Notes: a model not told the origin generated them from the letters alone. DNA of 64,000 nt from an uncultured virus (IMG/VR IMGVR_UViG_3300025408_000065) (IMGVR_UViG_3300025408_000065); one strand, 5' to 3'. Counted from the stretch's first letter, positions 20,730 to 31,190 are shown. A program made the numbers and translations.

Positions 20730-20836
20730 GTATATCTGATTGCTCGAAAATATGTCGGTTCGTGTACGTCGGAAACATATTTTTAGCCATTTTATGTTCC
20801 CACATTCCAGACTTTTTCCAGTGTGGTAACATATTT
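20722..20836. repeat. att-like junction 4, probable left end of the prophage
   Basis: Core plus arm, as in junctions 1-3. Confidence 0.8.
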
Positions 20837-20863
20837 TTCCCAATTAAAGGAAATATTTACAAA

Positions 20864-21535
20864 CTAGTCATCCCAATCATCATCATCTTCATCGTCTTCT
20901 TGATTGAACCAATTAAACACATTATGAACTGCCTCGTGATACAACGAGAAGGATACTTTATTGGGGTCACTGTTTCTGTTCTTCAGTTTCAAGTATTCTT
21001 CTTTTAGTTGCTGCCAATGATTATTAACATCGATCCAGTCTCTCTTTTCATCAACGTTTCGACTCAACTTACGCTCTTCCCAAGTGTATGATGAATCAGC
21101 TTTATTGAATCGAACATACTTATAATAATGACTATCTTGATCCTCGGGATAATAGACTACAGTAAAATCACAACCATGCACGATTCTACTGTTTTTTTGG
21201 TCGACAACTTTGATGGAAAGTGCTGATGTTTTATTATTAGGATCGTTATATGGTGATCCTTTTATTGCTTCCTTCAAAGCATTCAGTATAGTGACTCTTG
21301 CAAATTCTGGCTTCCAAATTTTCCCTTCTCCTGAACCATTCAAAATTAGGTTGTAATCGAAATCGTATCCTTGATTACCCCCTTTAATTCTAGTGATTAA
21401 GTGTCTACCACCACTTCCAATAAGTTGATATTGGAATGTAAACTCATCTCTAACTAAATCTTGAACTCTATGAATGATTTCCTCTAGTATTATCCTAACC
21501 GGTTGATACTCGTCCTTTTCAACAAATTCATACAT
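20864..21535 (-). CDS. Pol-beta superfamily nucleotidyltransferase (SMODS/CD-NTase-like)
   Basis: LIGSG...YDFDYNL and third Asp in CDFTVV; acidic tail; start moved to MYEFV. Confidence 0.65.
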   Translation of the reverse strand: MYEFVEKDEYQPVRIILEEIIHRVQDLVRDEFTFQYQLIGSGGRHLITRIKGGNQGYDFDYNLILNGSGEGKIWKPEFARVTILNALKEAIKGSPYNDPNNKTSALSIKVVDQKNSRIVHGCDFTVVYYPEDQDSHYYKYVRFNKADSSYTWEERKLSRNVDEKRDWIDVNNHWQQLKEEYLKLKNRNSDPNKVSFSLYHEAVHNVFNWFNQEDDEDDDDWDD

Positions 21536-21587
21536 AAGTTTAATACCTCTTACCTCTCCGTTCATCTAGCTAACGCTAAATCGTAAT

Positions 21588-21616
21588 AGAATATCACCGA
21601 CGATAATATTTGTCAA
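21588..21616 (-). promoter_or_regulatory. Sigma70 promoter of the nucleotidyltransferase gene
   Basis: TTGACA-17bp-TATTCT with upstream TG. Confidence 0.6.
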
Positions 21617-21633
21617 TAGCACAATTTAGATTT

Positions 21634-22805
21634 TTATCTTTTTAGTATTCTTGTGGCATCTGATAAATCGACATGTCTAGCCTTTTCGGTTTCGAATCGT
21701 GATTGTAGCCTTGATAAAACATCTATTTTAAACTCATCAAAACTTGTGAATTCTATTCCTGATAAAATGGATTTGATTACTGCCATTTCCCTCATCGATA
21801 TAACAATTTTTGTATTTCTTTGGTTTATATGAATAAAGATTTTTCTCAATGAAATCTTCACCCACTGATAATCTTCCTGCATCAATTTAATTAAATCACG
21901 ATCACTATGAATAGGAAGAACACGATTGACTAAGTTGCCAACAATACTTGCTATATTATCGCTTAGTTGTATCTGCAACGAATTGTTACTCGATATGAAT
22001 TCAATATTCTTGTAATCCCAGTTCACATTGATATAATCTTGGACAGTTTCAATCTTATCATGATGTATCCTTATATGATTGATTGTAAGTTGGGGATTAT
22101 TGTTCTTAAGAACTAGTATCGTTTCACCTAGGGAAGTTAGATTGACAATGTTGTTTCTGTCTTTACCTTTGATCCAGTCGTTCGAAACATTATCTTCTTT
22201 AAGTTCAATTATGTAGTTTTCAACAGAATCCCGAATACCTAGTATTGCACTTTTCCACTGTAATACTAGATATGATTCGAATGGAGAATTGATACATTCA
22301 GTGTAATTATAATTGATAACATACTTAACGAATTCATCAATAGATACAACGTCATTACTCTTTGTTACTGAAACATATTTACCCAAAAAGTTATCATTAA
22401 GTTTAATTAGTAATTCGCAAAAATGAACGTATAAATCATAGAGATCGCCACCGTAATCACAAACTCGATATATTAACTAGTTTATCATCTGAGTTACTAA
22501 AAAAACTTTTTGTCATACACAGTTATGTAAAGATTATCTCCGTGACAAAAAAATTTAATAAATTCGTCTCGAATTTCTGTATTGTCTTTTCTTAATAAAT
22601 CATTGCCCTTCATTTCGAAAGAATTTGGGTTTTTCGTCTGCAATCTAGAATGCCAAATCTTTTTAAATTCTTGATATAACTCTGTTGTCTTTGGGCTATC
22701 AATATACCCAACCAGCACGAAATAACGCTGATCTCCATAGTTAAGTGTGCTTCCATTAAAGCTAATCTCACCTGTATTACGAGATTCATCGAAATAGATG
22801 TCCAT
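21634..22805 (-). pseudogene. DUF3800-family protein, disrupted
   Basis: MDIYFDESRNTG N-terminus and IQLSDNIA motif; frameshift in a T7 run near 22499-22505 plus an in-frame TAG near 22478. Confidence 0.7.
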
Positions 22806-22815
22806 GTTCTTTGCC

Positions 22816-23447
22816 CTACTTAATAATTGATTGAAAATATATCGTTGACAAAATATCTTCCATTCATCTATATAATGCTTTAGTACCAAATGAAGATGCA
22901 AATTGATTTACTGTAAATTTAAAAAATGCATAGAGAATTCCTACTAATAAAAACAATGACATCATAAATTGAAATCTTTCAGATGATATAGTATTGTTTT
23001 CAGTAAAAGAAAAAGCAGCAATTGAAATAATAATAGCAACTAAACTTAGAAAAACACCAGAAACGATTATGTTTCGTGGAAGCAGTGTTTGATAGTGATT
23101 AATTGCTTCTAATACCTTAGGACGTGTATTAATGCTATTTTTCTTACATATTTCTGCGAGCATTTTTGCATCTCGAGATTTTCGTTCATCAATATAAGAT
23201 TGTACGTTGTTTTTTACTTCAAAATATTTTGCTTCATGGTTACTAAATTTTCTCACAATGAAAAAATGTAAGTGTACTGCGAAGGTACGATTAAAATAGC
23301 TAGTCCATAGCTATACCATATACTACCTAAAATTGCTGATATAAATATGGATAGTACAGTATAACTCACTGATAAAATTAAAATAAAGTTCAAATCTCTC
23401 TTGTACCATGAGTTTTTCTTGAACTCATTTTCAATTCTATAGTACAT
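22816..23447 (-). pseudogene. Multi-TM membrane protein, probably split
   Basis: Fragments 23253-23447 and 22864-23256 overlap in different frames; frame continues past TGA as MEDILSTIYFQSIIK*. Confidence 0.5.
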
Positions 23448-23467
23448 AATCTTACCCCCTAAAATAG

Positions 23468-23932
23468 TTATGCAAATATCATTGCTTCAATGATTTTAGG
23501 AATAATCGTTCTTACTCCAAAGAATTCATAAATCTTGTGATGAGTAAATCTAATTGCATCAATCTCTATAGTTTGATTTAAATACTCTGCATCATCACTT
23601 TCATTATTTTTGCCACTAGGTTTACAGTAATTAGTGAATTCCTGATGCCAAATATCCAATGTCTCAGGTGATTCATACATCTTATTCTTTATGCAATAAC
23701 CTTGATAGGCATGCCTTGTTTCGTGAAAAGCTGTCACAATCACTTCAATCCAAGGTGATTTAGCAACCCAATCTTCATTAAAGACTATTTCATCTGATTC
23801 AAATAAATACATCCCTATTGTTTCTTTACTGGATATCTCTGAAGGTTCAAGAAAACTTGTGTGTGGTACTGGTATGTTTAAAATCTTAGCCACTATCTTA
23901 ACGCCATTGATTGCTACTTCAAAATTATTCAT
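23468..23932 (-). CDS. HExxH zincin-like metallopeptidase
   Basis: AFHETRHAYQ and downstream EIDA. Confidence 0.7.
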   Translation of the reverse strand: MNNFEVAINGVKIVAKILNIPVPHTSFLEPSEISSKETIGMYLFESDEIVFNEDWVAKSPWIEVIVTAFHETRHAYQGYCIKNKMYESPETLDIWHQEFTNYCKPSGKNNESDDAEYLNQTIEIDAIRFTHHKIYEFFGVRTIIPKIIEAMIFA

Positions 23933-23990
23933 GTCAACCTCGAAATTTGTATAGTTTAATTATAACATCACACTTAATAGAATATAAATT

Positions 23991-24029
23991 AAAAATGACC
24001 ATACCCGATGAAAATAAGGTATGGTCAAA
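23991..24029. terminator. Terminator hairpin, direct-repeat copy of 31149-31188
   Basis: TGACCATACC...GGTATGGTCA. Confidence 0.75.
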
Positions 24030-24203
24030 TGCTCATTAATATTTTTTCTATTTTTGTATTGGAAGTTCTAGTATTCTAGTATAAAATTTCCACTACTAGT
24101 AAACTCAGATATGGGGTTATCAATTAAAAATTGAATACATATTATAACTTTACTTCTACAAAGCTATTAAGTGGAATTGCTTTATATAATGTAAGATGAC
24201 ATA

Positions 24204-24602
24204 TCACAACACAATTGTTTTGTAAAAATAGGATATTTCACCAGATGGACCACAGATAAGTTCATAATTTAACTCCCAGTTATCATAAACAATTGAAATG
24301 TTTAAACACTCTAGCACACACCAATCGTGAAAAAGAATAACAAGATCACCATTATCGTTTATAGTTATTTTTTTAATTTTCTTTAATTTTATTAACTCTA
24401 TCAAATTATTATTGATAAATCTTTTATCCATTGAACACGACACTAAGGTTTTATCACAGAATAGACGAAACTCATAGTACAACAAGTATTTCTTTTGACC
24501 GCTCTTCAATTCTAATTCAATTACATTGTTTGACTGGCCAATTACTACTGAGTCTTCATAATTCTGTAAATATATTTCGATCGAACTGTTTTCTACATTC
24601 AT
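24204..24602 (-). CDS. Putative immunity protein for the RHS toxin
   Basis: 132-aa ORF 15 bp downstream of the RHS gene with RBS AGGTGGAG. Confidence 0.6.
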   Translation of the reverse strand: MNVENSSIEIYLQNYEDSVVIGQSNNVIELELKSGQKKYLLYYEFRLFCDKTLVSCSMDKRFINNNLIELIKLKKIKKITINDNGDLVILFHDWCVLECLNISIVYDNWELNYELICGPSGEISYFYKTIVL

Positions 24603-24617
24603 TGTTCTCCACCTCTC

Positions 24618-27600
24618 TTATGAAATGCTTGCTATAAGCGCTTTTACTGCTTCAACTATATCATCAACTAGATCAATGTGGCTCATGGACGGGTCATTGG
24701 TTAAACCACCGTATACTCCAAAAGGACCTTTGTCCGATAAACTTAATCTGAAATATGCATCCGGATGACTTTTAGACCCTGAATTCATGATGCGAAGAAC
24801 ATAGTTATTAGCATTATAGGTGAAATTATGAACCAGTCCTTTCCCATTTTTTGCTATTTTTACAATTGAGTTAAAATAGGATTGTATTTTAGTAGAGGCT
24901 ATTATTACTTGATCATCAATTCCGTCTAGCTCATTTGTACAGTCTCCATCTTGACATATCAATTTCACTGTAGTTCCAATAGTACCACTACCTGTTACTG
25001 CTGATGTTCCTACTGCAGCTGATGATGCTGTAAAAGCAGCCTGTGCTAAGTAACCTGCCCCTGCACCAATCAATGCGCCACCTGCAGCTCCAATTGCAAC
25101 ATAGCGCCAGTCAACTTCACCTGTTTTGTTATAGGATATAATCGCTCCAGCAATTCCTCCTGCAATTGCACCTATAATAGCACCTGGAATTGCCCAAGCA
25201 AATTTACCATCGTTATCGACGAAAATCACAGGATTATTTAATGCGTATGCATAAGTGTTATTCGAGAGTAAATGTCCGTCTTGCCCAAATAGACCATCAG
25301 CACTTATGAATCTCCCTATTGAAGGATCATAATATCTAGACTGCAAGTAATACCATCCAGTCTCGATATCGTATCTATATCCTCGATAAAGATATGGGTT
25401 GATATCAGCTAATGATCCACCAGACTTATAAATAATGTTTCCCCAAGCATCGTAATTGTATTTTACTACAGAATTGCCATTGATATCAACTAATTCTATG
25501 ATATCTCCTTGCATATTCGTGATATAGAAGTATTCATTGCCATTGTAGTTCATACTAAGTAGTGTACCATCCACATCATAAGTGAAATATAACGTGATAC
25601 CATTACTTCTACTTTCAACCAGTACTTTGTCTCCATCTAAGATGAAATTGATTGTGGTAGTACCACTTGGCGTAACTTGTATTTTTTGAGTTCTAATCCC
25701 TTGGTCATTATATTTAAAGGATAAAGAATTTGAATAAGCTAAATATTCTACTAACTGTCTGCCTTCCCACTCATAACTCTTGTTAGCATATGAAGTTCTC
25801 GAATCAACAAGATTTGTTACATTCCCACTTGAATCATATGTGAATGTTTGGAAGTAACTCAGAGATCCACTGACATAATACTCAATCTTTGTGAGTTGGT
25901 CTTTCCATGCGTCAGATGTGGTAGGATAAAACATCTTCTTTTCATTTTGGGCTGTTCCTGTTGTTACTTGATAGGCAAATGTCTTGATGGACGTGATGTT
26001 ATTTTGCAAATCATAGCTGTACACCAATGTTTTTGATAATCGTCCGATAAGATAAATGTCTTCTCTAATCAACTGATTAAAGCCATCATAATAATAATCA
26101 TATTGTTCAATTGTGGTTCCGGATGCTTTGACAGCAATTCTTGTAATATTGTGATTTGCATCATAGGTATATTGATGCAATTGTAGTGTTATACCATTTT
26201 TTTGATAAGTGATTTGATATATACGATTGGTTGCATTTCCCATTGATGAATCCACTTTCGCATCATCATAATTGAATATCTTCTTAAATGTGTTTGTTCC
26301 AATAATCAAATCAATACTATTTAGTCTTCTCAGTGAATCTGTATCGTAATTGAAATCCTTTTTGATTGTAGTACCGCTCACAGTATATAGGGAATAATCA
26401 TATATACCTGTTGTAAGATTATAATAATAAGTAATTCCTCTTGAGATACCTGAGATGTTGTAATAGTAACGATCAATATTTCCGCTCTCATCATATTGAT
26501 AAGTGATTTCGTTACCATCTTTATCCGTTATAATTTCTAATCTGCCTGCCAAATCATATGAATAAAAATAGATGTTGTCATTGTGAATATCTTTGAAAAT
26601 GGATAAATTACCAGATGAATCATAGGTATATTCATATCTGATTGTCCCATTAAAACTTATGGATTCGACCTGGTTTTCATCTGTATAGATAAATCCAATA
26701 TAGTCTGTATTTCCATATGTTTGGGTTTTCAGCATTCCTGTGTGATAGACACCTGATTCATCTAGCCAATACTCATAAGACATCACTGTTACATCCGCAA
26801 TCTTCACACCAACGATTTGATTTAAACCGTTTAAGTCGTATACAAATTCATAAGAGTAACCATTACGATTTATCTTCAAAATTCTACCATATGAATCGTA
26901 TTCATAACTTCCAGTGAGAACATCCAAGGAAGTGCTACTATCTATGGTTGTACTGATTAAATTGCCGTAAGCATCATAAGTAAAAGTTTGGATATTACCA
27001 ATTGCATCCACCATTTCTGTGATTGTTCCAATGGTCTTATCAATGACTGATGAGGTCGTATTTCCAAACTCATCAGTTTCCGAGTTAATGTACTGTCCAT
27101 CACTAGTGTGAGAGGTTGATGTTTTAAACCACTTATCTTGAGTTCCAGCATTTTTATCATAACCCACATAAGTTTCTGTTAACTGCTTGGTTATAGAGTC
27201 ATATACAAAAGTGGTTTTAACGTTGTTTTTGGAAACTTCTTCGATTTGATATGTTGAATTCCTATCAAATTCAACTACTTTGTTATCTTGCGTCATCGTT
27301 ATGATATTATTCTCATTATCATAACCAAGCTCTGTTGTTGTACCATCAGGTTTAGCCACAGTGGTAAGGTTTCCTGTGCTTGTGTCATACTCATATTTAG
27401 TACTTAAATCATCATGATAAAGTTGTATATTGTCAAAATATGCAGTTCCTTCACCGTTGTATCTAGCATATATTTTAATATTGACAGCGAACTGGGGAAC
27501 AAAAAATGCATGCATTTGATATTGCCAATCCTCTATTGCTGGATTAAATGGCATATATTGATACATGGTATATGGTGTGCTTGGATCACCAAATTGAGAT

Positions 27601-30600
27601 GGGACACAATAAATTTCGATGACATATCCAAAAAATCTACCATCAGACTGTTCCCAACCATTCACATAACCTTTATTGGGAACTGCAGTCGCCTTAGCCC
27701 ATCCTCCAACAATATAGTTTTCACCTCGAGTATAGAGTCCATCGATTGTTTGATAGGCTTGTTTAGTCGTTCCTCCATCACCTTCTATTTTCAGAGCCTT
27801 GCTTCCTAAAATATCCTGCATAATACCCGTTTCAGTAATATCTACAACTGATGCGGAAGTTGCTGTCCAATTCGATATTCCGGACTCAAATGAATTATTA
27901 GCAATCGGATTATATCTAGCGTCTACAAATCCTTCACTAATTTGAATATTATCAAAATAAGCATCAGAATTATTACTATCATTTATAAGTTTTACATTCA
28001 CTGTATTTGGATACGCTACATAAAAATCAAGTTCATACAAAGTCCATTCATCTTTCTCATAGACCTTATTTAGCGTACCTTTACCTTGAACATTCTCGAC
28101 ATCGATATATGCTCCTGGTGCAGCACCATTGTTCTTAACCCAACCCTGGATCTTATAGTTCCCTTGAGTTAAGTAAACTTGCTGGTTGGCATAAACACTT
28201 GAAGTTAATCTAGAAATCTTTAATGATTTATCCCCTAATACGGACTCATCATATGAGAAAACGATATTACCTGTCCCTTTATTCAGCGTCCAGCCATAAC
28301 TACTTTCTTCAAATCCATGGTTTAGTAATGGATTTTGTTGTTGCTTAATGATATCAGAACTTTCCATTAATTTATGATTGTTCAAGTAGTTTGGAACTAG
28401 ATTAGTTAAATCATATCCGTTGACCCAGTCCCATAAATCGTCTATATTTGTAAATAGACCGCTATATCTATAATATGTGCTATTTCCAAAATCATCCATT
28501 ATATTGACTGTATGTCCATAATGATCAAAGGAATAATATATACTATTTCCTTCATAATCAGTATAAGTTGTCTTGGATGGACTATAAACAATACTTGTAA
28601 GACCTAAGTTTAAACCATCATCTGTCGTTGAAATTGAGTTTACTCTATTCTTTGTATCAAAATTGTATTGAACTTTGAAATTGTCTTTTTCATTATATGC
28701 ATTTATAAATCGATTACTACTATCGAAATAGTAGTGGAGTCGGTTATTTGCATCTGTTGTCCATCCTGTATTTGATCCATTACCATATCTAAAATCATAA
28801 TCGATAAAGTCGATATTATTATACATATCGTAGAAATAATCACGTCTCTCAACTTGTCGATAACTACCATCATTTTGTTTCAGTTCAAGTGTTGTTTGAC
28901 TGAGTAAAGATGTCCCATATGTAAATTCAATCTTGTTGTCAGCTTCATCTGTGACATAATCAATTTTTAATGAGGTAGTGTCAATATATGCAATTACTAA
29001 TGAATGGTTTGTTTTTGTATTTCTGATGGATGATAATCTTCCTAACCCGTTGAAATTGTACTCGAGTCCAGAATTTGTTACTTTCATACTCTGATTCTGC
29101 CCAAGATAAGTCATTCTTTCTAATACCATACTTGAACCATCTTCTGATATAGACTTGCAGCTTTGTACTCCTGAGTAGACTGTCGTACATACATTATTCA
29201 TGAAATATATCTTATTCCCATCAGGTTTATGCATGTAATATAGACTTGATGTTGAATCGTATTTGATTTCAACTGTAAAATTCGTTCGCCAACCATCCCC
29301 GTAACCGATATCAACACTTCTGCTATAGTTGTTGTGAAAAAAAGATAAAGCTAATGATAAATAATCATTTTGCAGTTGATACTCATTTCTAACCCAGGTC
29401 AAATTGCCTGTATAATCACTAATGTATCCAGTACCGACCATACCTGCATTTTGCGATGTGTATGTCCAATAGTCTTTAAGTCCAGATGGTTCTTCATAAC
29501 CTATCTTAACTACAGGTCTATATGAGGCAGTAGTTGCTCCATTTTGATATACAGCGTTTACTGAACCAGATTCATCATCGTGTGCAATGGTAAATCCATC
29601 GATTCTTGATTTTCCTTCTGCCTGCCACTCTTTGATTGGCTTGGTAATATCGTATATGAACGGACTTCCACTTTTAACAATGTGATAGTCAACTACTGTT
29701 TCATCATAACTCTGTTCTACATGCCAACTATCCCAAGTAACGCTACTACTAATAAAGCTTTTCGTGTTTTTATAAATGTTTAGTTGCGCATTTGTAGATG
29801 AGATATAAGGTGTAAATGATAAATGTGCATAGGTAATCACTTGATTCATGATTGCGCTTGGAATTGTGAAGTATATTAAGCCTTTGTATTGTTCAGTCCA
29901 ATATGTATTACTCAAATACATGTATTGAGAGTTCGCATAATTAGTAGTTGGGTTCGCTTGTGATATATAAGTATCCCAAATGCTCATACTGGTGGTTGTA
30001 CTGACCAATGTGGGATCTATCATCACGGGAAAACTTGCTTCACTCAACCAACCATCATTTGGAAGTATTGTAATAATGTATGTATCTTTTTTCGTTTCTG
30101 TAATTTCATATTGGACATCATGAGATAAATTATTATTACTGTCAACCATAAACAGATCGTCAAACTTGAAGACTGATTCATTTGCTTGGTTGACAAAAAT
30201 GATACCCTCATCAGTCTCAACGAGTTTCAAGTTTTTTAAAGTATATTCAAAAGACATCGAAAATCCTTCAGAATATTCGTTTAGTATGATGTACTCCTTG
30301 ACATCTGATCCTTGTAGGACATACTGTAGATCAACTTTATTTCTTACGTTCTTATAGATTACAGATTGGTTAATACCTGTTAACTCTGATGATAGTGATT
30401 GTTTCTTTTCGGCATTGCTGTACTCAGCACTACTACTCGATATATCTAATACTTTCCAATCAACTGAGTAATCTTTTGATTTGATAGCAATTGTCTTGTT
30501 CTCACTCAAGTTTTTTGGAAAAGTTGTTTTAAAGCTATTGTTTTTGTTTTCCAGATAATTACCATAATCATTCAAACTATTATCAATATCTTTCCATTTA

Positions 30601-30941
30601 CCATCTTCATAATAGTGGACTTCATTATCATAGATTGCTACTTCATAAGTTCCATCAAGTTTTCTGTAATGCTTTTCATTTACAGTCCTTCTTGATTCAT
30701 CTTCATCCACAATAGGAACTAGTGAAATGTCAAGTTCATCGCTTTGATACTCTGTCGATTTTTCAACAGTCACGTCATTCTGTACTGTTTCAATTGCTGC
30801 TTCTAATCTCTGGCTTGGAAACAAACTAACTACCTGACCCAGTAATGCTAAAAAAACAAGAAACTTCTTGCTTGCATCGATAAGTCTGACTAAAATTAAA
30901 ACTTGCTTGTCATTCAATGCTTTCTTTTTGAACATGTTCAA
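24618..30941 (-). CDS. RHS/YD-repeat WapA-like polymorphic toxin
   Basis: N-terminal hydrophobic signal, DNRLRE-like domain (DTYISQANPTTNY), carbohydrate-binding-like domains, YD repeats, RHS core YLQSRYYDPSIGRF and NPVIFVDNDG, variable C-terminus. Confidence 0.92.
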   Translation of the reverse strand: MNMFKKKALNDKQVLILVRLIDASKKFLVFLALLGQVVSLFPSQRLEAAIETVQNDVTVEKSTEYQSDELDISLVPIVDEDESRRTVNEKHYRKLDGTYEVAIYDNEVHYYEDGKWKDIDNSLNDYGNYLENKNNSFKTTFPKNLSENKTIAIKSKDYSVDWKVLDISSSSAEYSNAEKKQSLSSELTGINQSVIYKNVRNKVDLQYVLQGSDVKEYIILNEYSEGFSMSFEYTLKNLKLVETDEGIIFVNQANESVFKFDDLFMVDSNNNLSHDVQYEITETKKDTYIITILPNDGWLSEASFPVMIDPTLVSTTTSMSIWDTYISQANPTTNYANSQYMYLSNTYWTEQYKGLIYFTIPSAIMNQVITYAHLSFTPYISSTNAQLNIYKNTKSFISSSVTWDSWHVEQSYDETVVDYHIVKSGSPFIYDITKPIKEWQAEGKSRIDGFTIAHDDESGSVNAVYQNGATTASYRPVVKIGYEEPSGLKDYWTYTSQNAGMVGTGYISDYTGNLTWVRNEYQLQNDYLSLALSFFHNNYSRSVDIGYGDGWRTNFTVEIKYDSTSSLYYMHKPDGNKIYFMNNVCTTVYSGVQSCKSISEDGSSMVLERMTYLGQNQSMKVTNSGLEYNFNGLGRLSSIRNTKTNHSLVIAYIDTTSLKIDYVTDEADNKIEFTYGTSLLSQTTLELKQNDGSYRQVERRDYFYDMYNNIDFIDYDFRYGNGSNTGWTTDANNRLHYYFDSSNRFINAYNEKDNFKVQYNFDTKNRVNSISTTDDGLNLGLTSIVYSPSKTTYTDYEGNSIYYSFDHYGHTVNIMDDFGNSTYYRYSGLFTNIDDLWDWVNGYDLTNLVPNYLNNHKLMESSDIIKQQQNPLLNHGFEESSYGWTLNKGTGNIVFSYDESVLGDKSLKISRLTSSVYANQQVYLTQGNYKIQGWVKNNGAAPGAYIDVENVQGKGTLNKVYEKDEWTLYELDFYVAYPNTVNVKLINDSNNSDAYFDNIQISEGFVDARYNPIANNSFESGISNWTATSASVVDITETGIMQDILGSKALKIEGDGGTTKQAYQTIDGLYTRGENYIVGGWAKATAVPNKGYVNGWEQSDGRFFGYVIEIYCVPSQFGDPSTPYTMYQYMPFNPAIEDWQYQMHAFFVPQFAVNIKIYARYNGEGTAYFDNIQLYHDDLSTKYEYDTSTGNLTTVAKPDGTTTELGYDNENNIITMTQDNKVVEFDRNSTYQIEEVSKNNVKTTFVYDSITKQLTETYVGYDKNAGTQDKWFKTSTSHTSDGQYINSETDEFGNTTSSVIDKTIGTITEMVDAIGNIQTFTYDAYGNLISTTIDSSTSLDVLTGSYEYDSYGRILKINRNGYSYEFVYDLNGLNQIVGVKIADVTVMSYEYWLDESGVYHTGMLKTQTYGNTDYIGFIYTDENQVESISFNGTIRYEYTYDSSGNLSIFKDIHNDNIYFYSYDLAGRLEIITDKDGNEITYQYDESGNIDRYYYNISGISRGITYYYNLTTGIYDYSLYTVSGTTIKKDFNYDTDSLRRLNSIDLIIGTNTFKKIFNYDDAKVDSSMGNATNRIYQITYQKNGITLQLHQYTYDANHNITRIAVKASGTTIEQYDYYYDGFNQLIREDIYLIGRLSKTLVYSYDLQNNITSIKTFAYQVTTGTAQNEKKMFYPTTSDAWKDQLTKIEYYVSGSLSYFQTFTYDSSGNVTNLVDSRTSYANKSYEWEGRQLVEYLAYSNSLSFKYNDQGIRTQKIQVTPSGTTTINFILDGDKVLVESRSNGITLYFTYDVDGTLLSMNYNGNEYFYITNMQGDIIELVDINGNSVVKYNYDAWGNIIYKSGGSLADINPYLYRGYRYDIETGWYYLQSRYYDPSIGRFISADGLFGQDGHLLSNNTYAYALNNPVIFVDNDGKFAWAIPGAIIGAIAGGIAGAIISYNKTGEVDWRYVAIGAAGGALIGAGAGYLAQAAFTASSAAVGTSAVTGSGTIGTTVKLICQDGDCTNELDGIDDQVIIASTKIQSYFNSIVKIAKNGKGLVHNFTYNANNYVLRIMNSGSKSHPDAYFRLSLSDKGPFGVYGGLTNDPSMSHIDLVDDIVEAVKALIASIS

Positions 30942-31148
30942 CTCTCCCCAATTGTATTTTCACTACTCGATAATATCATTTTATCATCATAATGTTTATA
31001 TAAACAGGGCGTATATGTCCTATTATGCAGGTTATTAGTTTACTTTTTATTATTTTTTAATATTTTAAACACAAATAGCAATAGCTCATATATTATCCAC
31101 TATTAGGAAGCCTTATCAATTTAAACGCATAAATCATCACAATAATCT

Positions 31149-31188
31149 AAAATGATCATACCCGATTGAAAAATAAGGTATGGTCAAT
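31149..31188. terminator. Terminator of the phage late operon
   Basis: TGATCATACC...GGTATGGTCA immediately after the last holin-like gene. Confidence 0.75.
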
Positions 31189-31190
31189 TA

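Noticed and set aside
1833..20836. Repeated arms as a CRISPR array or attC integron
   Set aside because: Copies are kilobases apart, with no regular spacers, cas genes or tyrosine integron integrase.
22478..22866. Stop-codon reassignment (TGA or TAG readthrough)
   Set aside because: TGA and TAG end many well-supported genes here and the affected genes also have frameshifts, so decay is simpler.
25848..30357. Small ORFs inside the RHS gene
   Set aside because: Alternative-frame or antisense shadows without independent support.
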